NCBI GenBank assembly: GCA_016927185.1
Contig: JAFGND010000108.1
Coordinates: 1-39,735, forward strand
Direction: 5' to 3'
Origin: Candidatus Coatesbacteria bacterium
GTDB lineage: Bacteria > JAFGND01
DNA length: 39,735 nucleotides
The notes beneath the pieces were generated by a model, which was not told where the DNA came from, did no database searches, and saw only the letters and a program-made list of their open reading frames with translations. A program made the translations under genes and the position numbers. The stretch's first letter is position 1. Each line of letters opens with the position of its first letter. Positions 35,696 to 39,735 of the stretch are shown here, piece by piece.

Positions 35696-37536
35696 TTCTT
35701 TTCTTCAATATCCTTTTCTTTGATCTTGTCCTTATTGATTTCCAGATTTTTATCATCAGTTTTTTTCAAATCCTTGCTTGTATCTTTTTCTGGTTTATCC
35801 TCTTTTGATTCTTTTTTCTCCTTATTTTTTTCTGAATCCTGTTTTTTCTTTGCCTCCTCTATATCATCAATAATCTTAATCTCATTTTTGCATAACTCAT
35901 AATAGAAACTGTCATAACCTGCCTGTTTCTGGAGATGCTTGAAAGTATCCCTTGCATTCTTGTAATCCATGAGATAATTCTTGTAAAGAAGACCTTTGGC
36001 AAATAAAGCTTTTTCACGTAAATTATCAAAAGGATATTCTTTCTCCACTTTTTCAAGTGATTTCAATGCCTCTTCATACTTCTGAGCTTTTTTTGCTGTC
36101 TCATAATTATAGAATTCATTCTCGGCTTTATTGTAGAATTCCTCATAGCCTTTTTCAGATTTCATGTCATATTCAGCCAGCTTTCTGAGAAGATTCTCAG
36201 GATATTTGGCTATCAACTGCTTGTAGTATTCATCCGATTTCGCCTTGTCACCTTTCTTGTACTTATATATCCAGCCTATTGCGAACAAGGCTCTAGGGGC
36301 AAAGGGTGAATTCGGATGTTTCTTCACCATCTCATCATAGTGATTTATGCCTGCATCAATCTTCTCGAAAAAGAAGACAGAAATCTCTGCTAATTGAAAC
36401 ATTGATTTAGCTCGAGATTCCAGATTACCTTCATTCTGCAGTTTCTTATATTTCAATAATAGATTCACTCTATTATATATATATAGTGCGAGAATTGCTT
36501 CTTCAGAACCAGGCATCTCATTCCTTACCTGATCAAGAGCTTTTTGAGCCTTATCATAATCATCTTCCTCTATATAGTGCTTACCCAGATAGAGATAAGA
36601 TCTTGCAGAATACAATGTCTTGGGATAGACAGATGATACTTCTTCAAGAATATCTGCACCTTCTTGTCTCTTCTTCAGTTTAAAATGAACTTCAGCTAGC
36701 TGCAAGAGTGCTTGAGCCCTTGATTTATCATCCAGGGTTGTCTTTGAAGCGTTCTCGAAAGCTGTTCTTGCTTTCTCGAATTCCTTTAATTCAATGTAGC
36801 AATTTCCTATCTGCAGATATGCGATATAACGTTCTTCCCTGTGCGCTTTTGAATCAATTGTTGATTGAAAGAATTTGATAGCTTCATCATACCTCTTGCT
36901 ATTCAGGTAAGCTTCTCCAAGTATGAAATATATGTTTTTGGCATTTTCCTTGTTGCTTGTTTTATATTCCTTCAATAGACTTATTGTGCTGTCATATTCT
37001 GCTATTTTATTATGGACTCTTCCCAAGCCCCAGTATACCTGATCCCGATACTTCGGTTCCTTGACTTTTTCTAACATCTGCTTGTATACTTTTTTTGCAT
37101 CATCATAATTCTCAACAAGATAATTCAATGTCCCTATATATAGTTCAGCATCTGCTTTATATTTCGAATTTGGATAAATCTTTATAAGCTCCTGAAACTT
37201 GGTTCTGCCTCTTTTATATGAAATTTCCCCGAAACCAATAGGATTTCTCTTACCCATCTGATAATACGCCAGTCCCATAAGATAAAGAGCATCTTCAACT
37301 CTTTTCGATTTAGGATAGAAATAAATAACTTTTATGCATTTTTTTACGCATTCATCATAATAACCAATTTCCTCTCCTGATGCTATTGTATCTTTACTGG
37401 CTTCCTGCAGTTTTATTCCCTTGTTATAATATTTTTCGGCATTATATAATGTGTTATAATATGCGCATCCTGAATAACTTGTAAAAAGCAGAACAACAAA
37501 TAGCAGCAAAACATGGCTCTTCTTATTCATATGCAT
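35692..37536 (-). CDS. TPR-repeat lipoprotein (possibly SprE/PorW-like)
   Basis: Signal peptide and lipobox (VLLFTSYSGC), many TPR/YP-turn repeats and a Lys/Glu-rich tail. The start is most likely the ATG at 37536 or 37530; the ORF-track start at 37632 overlaps pyrC by 110 nt. Confidence 0.85.
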   Translation of the reverse strand: MHMNKKSHVLLLFVVLLFTSYSGCAYYNTLYNAEKYYNKGIKLQEASKDTIASGEEIGYYDECVKKCIKVIYFYPKSKRVEDALYLMGLAYYQMGKRNPIGFGEISYKRGRTKFQELIKIYPNSKYKADAELYIGTLNYLVENYDDAKKVYKQMLEKVKEPKYRDQVYWGLGRVHNKIAEYDSTISLLKEYKTSNKENAKNIYFILGEAYLNSKRYDEAIKFFQSTIDSKAHREERYIAYLQIGNCYIELKEFEKARTAFENASKTTLDDKSRAQALLQLAEVHFKLKKRQEGADILEEVSSVYPKTLYSARSYLYLGKHYIEEDDYDKAQKALDQVRNEMPGSEEAILALYIYNRVNLLLKYKKLQNEGNLESRAKSMFQLAEISVFFFEKIDAGINHYDEMVKKHPNSPFAPRALFAIGWIYKYKKGDKAKSDEYYKQLIAKYPENLLRKLAEYDMKSEKGYEEFYNKAENEFYNYETAKKAQKYEEALKSLEKVEKEYPFDNLREKALFAKGLLYKNYLMDYKNARDTFKHLQKQAGYDSFYYELCKNEIKIIDDIEEAKKKQDSEKNKEKKESKEDKPEKDTSKDLKKTDDKNLEINKDKIKEKDIEEKK

Positions 37537-38731
37537 TATAAATCTCTTTTCCCTTATTAAAAGTAGCAATAATTCTAGTCTTGAATTTCCTGTCAATGAA
37601 TGGACTATTTTTCGATTTAGAAAGTATCTCATCTTTTTTTACCTTCCATGGTTCGTTGAAGTCTACCAGAATGAAATCTGATAGATTCTTATAATCCAGA
37701 AAGTTCCTCAAATCCAAACCAAGAATCTTTGCCGGATTTGATGTAAAAAAATCAATAATAAAAGAAAGAGGAAGTTTTTCTTTGTGTATTAAAATTTCAC
37801 AAGTAACCGGGAATAATGTTTCCAGACCAATAACACCAAATGGTGCTTCGTTAAAGCTCTTTTTCTTCAATTCTTCTCTATGCGGAGCATGATCAGAAGC
37901 AATAACTGTAATAGTACCATCTTTTATGGCATTTATCAAAGCTTTCCTGTCTTCTTCACTCCCCAATGGTGGCTTCATCTTCTTGTTTGTATCCAGATCA
38001 TTTTCAATGTCATTGTAAGTGAAATAGAGATAATGAGGGCAGGTTTCAGCAGTGAATTCAATTCCATCAGATTTTGCCTGCCTTAGCAGTTCTACTGATA
38101 GTTTTGATGAAACATGCTGAAAATGTATTTTCCCCTTTGTTTTCTTTACTATTTCTAAATCCTCTCTTATCTTCCTGACTTCGAATTCCTTGTTTATCTC
38201 ATCTAACTTAAGATTCCTTGCTAAATCTGAGGCAAGAACTGCACCAGTAGATGACAAATCCAGATCCTCCTCATGAACAAGGACAGGTTTTTTGAATTGT
38301 TTTAATCTTTCAAGAGCTTCTCTCAGTTTTTCGCTTTTCAAAGGTCTTCCATCATCACTGAATGCTAATACTCCCTCATCTGCAAGCCCTTCAATATCAA
38401 CCAGTTCTTCTCCTGACAAACCTTTTGTAATAGAAGAAACCAGATTTATATCTAGAAATTCCTTTGCTTTCCTTGAGTACATTCCCCATATTTTCATGTT
38501 ATCAATAACAGGTTTTGTATTAGCCATTCCAAGAGCATGCAGAATACCACCTTTAGCCATTGCTTTGGAAGCTGAATGGAAATCTTCTGATTCCTCTCCA
38601 CCAGGCATTCTGAAATGTACATGCATATCCAATAAACCAGGTATTGCAACAGGAAAAGGGAAATCTATTCCATCAAGTTTCCAGTCATCTCTGATAGTAA
38701 CACCTTTTTTCCCCTCTACTGCAATAATCAA
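37523..38731 (-). CDS. pyrC: Dihydroorotase (type I)
   Basis: PGLLDMHVHFR, MANTKP, FSDDG, HEED, HVS, ETCPHY, KMKPPL, ASDHAPH and SKSKNSPF. I infer a TTG start at 38731 preceded by GAGG; the ORF-track start at 38887 overlaps the upstream gene. Confidence 0.93.
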   Translation of the reverse strand: MIIAVEGKKGVTIRDDWKLDGIDFPFPVAIPGLLDMHVHFRMPGGEESEDFHSASKAMAKGGILHALGMANTKPVIDNMKIWGMYSRKAKEFLDINLVSSITKGLSGEELVDIEGLADEGVLAFSDDGRPLKSEKLREALERLKQFKKPVLVHEEDLDLSSTGAVLASDLARNLKLDEINKEFEVRKIREDLEIVKKTKGKIHFQHVSSKLSVELLRQAKSDGIEFTAETCPHYLYFTYNDIENDLDTNKKMKPPLGSEEDRKALINAIKDGTITVIASDHAPHREELKKKSFNEAPFGVIGLETLFPVTCEILIHKEKLPLSFIIDFFTSNPAKILGLDLRNFLDYKNLSDFILVDFNEPWKVKKDEILSKSKNSPFIDRKFKTRIIATFNKGKEIYNAYE

Positions 38732-38771
38732 TTTATCCTCAGTTTTTATCTGAAAAGGGCCAATAAGCTTT

Positions 38772-39509
38772 TTATTTTTGCTTAGAATCAGGCAAGGGGG
38801 CAGGTGACAAATTCTTTTTTTCGGATTCACTTTTCTCTTTTTTTTGGTGGTTGTGAATGGTCTTGATAATTTCTTCGGTAAGTTCACTTGTATAAAAAGA
38901 TATCTGGTCTATTTCCTTGAAAGTTTTCACAACTCTTGATATCTCCTTGTTTTCAGGAAACTTGTATAAAACCATAACAAGGGTTATCAATCCTGATGAT
39001 TGCTTGTCTACAGTTCCTGACAGGAAAAAAGCATCTGGAAATTTTTTTGCGATCTTCTCTCTTTCTGAAGCATCTTCAAACTGAGTTATATAATCAAGAT
39101 ATTCTACCTTGATTTTTTCATCATCGTCCAGAATTGAATTAACTATAGCTGTAGAACGTATTCCAAGCGTATCTTCCTTGGCTCTCTCATTATTGTCTAT
39201 GATATCACTGAAACACACCTGGATCGTTTTCTTTGCTTTCTCCATATCCAGTTGTTGTTTTGTTTTAGATAACATTTCATTCATTTCCCTGACATTCTTT
39301 TTATGAATGAACCAGTAAATAGTGCCCCCAATAACAAGCACGCTTCCAAGAACTGACAAAATCAGCACAGTTGGGGCAGATTTTTCGTCAACATCACTTC
39401 CTTCGCCTTCATATGGTGGTGAATTGCTAGATATCAGTTTGGTTCTGAAGCCAAAAATAATCATTGTGAAGCACAATATTGATACTAATATTCTTTTTAA
39501 GGAAAACAT
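38772..39509 (-). CDS. Hypothetical membrane protein, with a possible TolB-N/CsgG-like alpha/beta C-terminal domain
   Basis: Two hydrophobic segments and a coiled-coil-like linker, then DAFFLSGTVDK...LVMVLYK followed by a terminal helix. Confidence 0.55.
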   Translation of the reverse strand: MFSLKRILVSILCFTMIIFGFRTKLISSNSPPYEGEGSDVDEKSAPTVLILSVLGSVLVIGGTIYWFIHKKNVREMNEMLSKTKQQLDMEKAKKTIQVCFSDIIDNNERAKEDTLGIRSTAIVNSILDDDEKIKVEYLDYITQFEDASEREKIAKKFPDAFFLSGTVDKQSSGLITLVMVLYKFPENKEISRVVKTFKEIDQISFYTSELTEEIIKTIHNHQKKEKSESEKKNLSPAPLPDSKQK

Positions 39510-39543
39510 TTCTTCTCCATCAATGTAATTATACTAATGAACT

Positions 39544-39571
39544 AGAATATAAATAACATATTGAATGTCAA
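39544..39571 (-). promoter_or_regulatory. Putative sigma-70-type promoter for the minus-strand run starting at 39509
   Basis: TTGACA (39571-39566), a 16-nt spacer and TATTCT (39549-39544). A TATAAT also lies at 39533-39528. Confidence 0.45.
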
Positions 39572-39735
39572 GAATCTTAATTTCGAAAGTTAATCTTGCC
39601 TAAGTGACTAATGGACTTATTTTAATATCTTTTTTACCCTCAGTTATCTATAAATAGATGATTTGAAGAACAATCCCTCAAATGAGGTATTTTTGCAAGT
39701 GCTTTACAAACATTGATTTATCTGGACTGCCTGTA

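Noticed and set aside
38732..38887. N-terminal extension of PyrC overlapping the upstream gene by 116 nt
   Set aside because: It is probably a longest-ORF artefact. An in-frame TTG with a GAGG site at 38731 removes the overlap.
673..39528. Many 60-153 aa ORFs antisense to or nested in the main genes (e.g. 3771-4157, 28287-28583, 38292-38753)
   Set aside because: They are shadow frames of well-supported genes, with biased composition and no recognisable motifs.
1..39735. CRISPR array, IS/transposase, integrase, prophage, tRNA or rRNA
   Set aside because: I saw no spaced direct repeats or mobile-element proteins. The intergenic gaps are short, AT-rich and lack RNA-gene structure.

Overview
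An AT-rich, gene-dense chromosomal segment from a Gram-negative (diderm) bacterium. It has LPS genes (waaA, a GT9), lipoproteins and a protein with a T9SS-type C-terminal sorting domain, which hints at an FCB-related lineage (inference). It is mostly housekeeping: partial thiL, ileS, rimP-nusA-infB-yggS followed by a sigma-54 activator, aroB, dus, pyrC and a nitrilase-family amidase. Accessory genes include a tightly coupled minus-strand run (SPFH protein, lipoprotein, Ser/Thr kinase-PEGA-FGE fusion, xanthine-dehydrogenase-type Mo/2Fe-2S/FAD subunits, DMT transporter), a DUF362 Fe-S protein, several hydrolases and hypothetical proteins. I saw no RNA genes, CRISPR arrays, mobile elements or long repeats. 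The most notable items are an IleRS with non-canonical signature motifs (GVHH for HIGH, PMHKS for KMSKS), the kinase-molybdoenzyme run, a probable pseudo-methyltransferase and T9SS-like components. All calls come from reading motifs by eye; no database searches were run.
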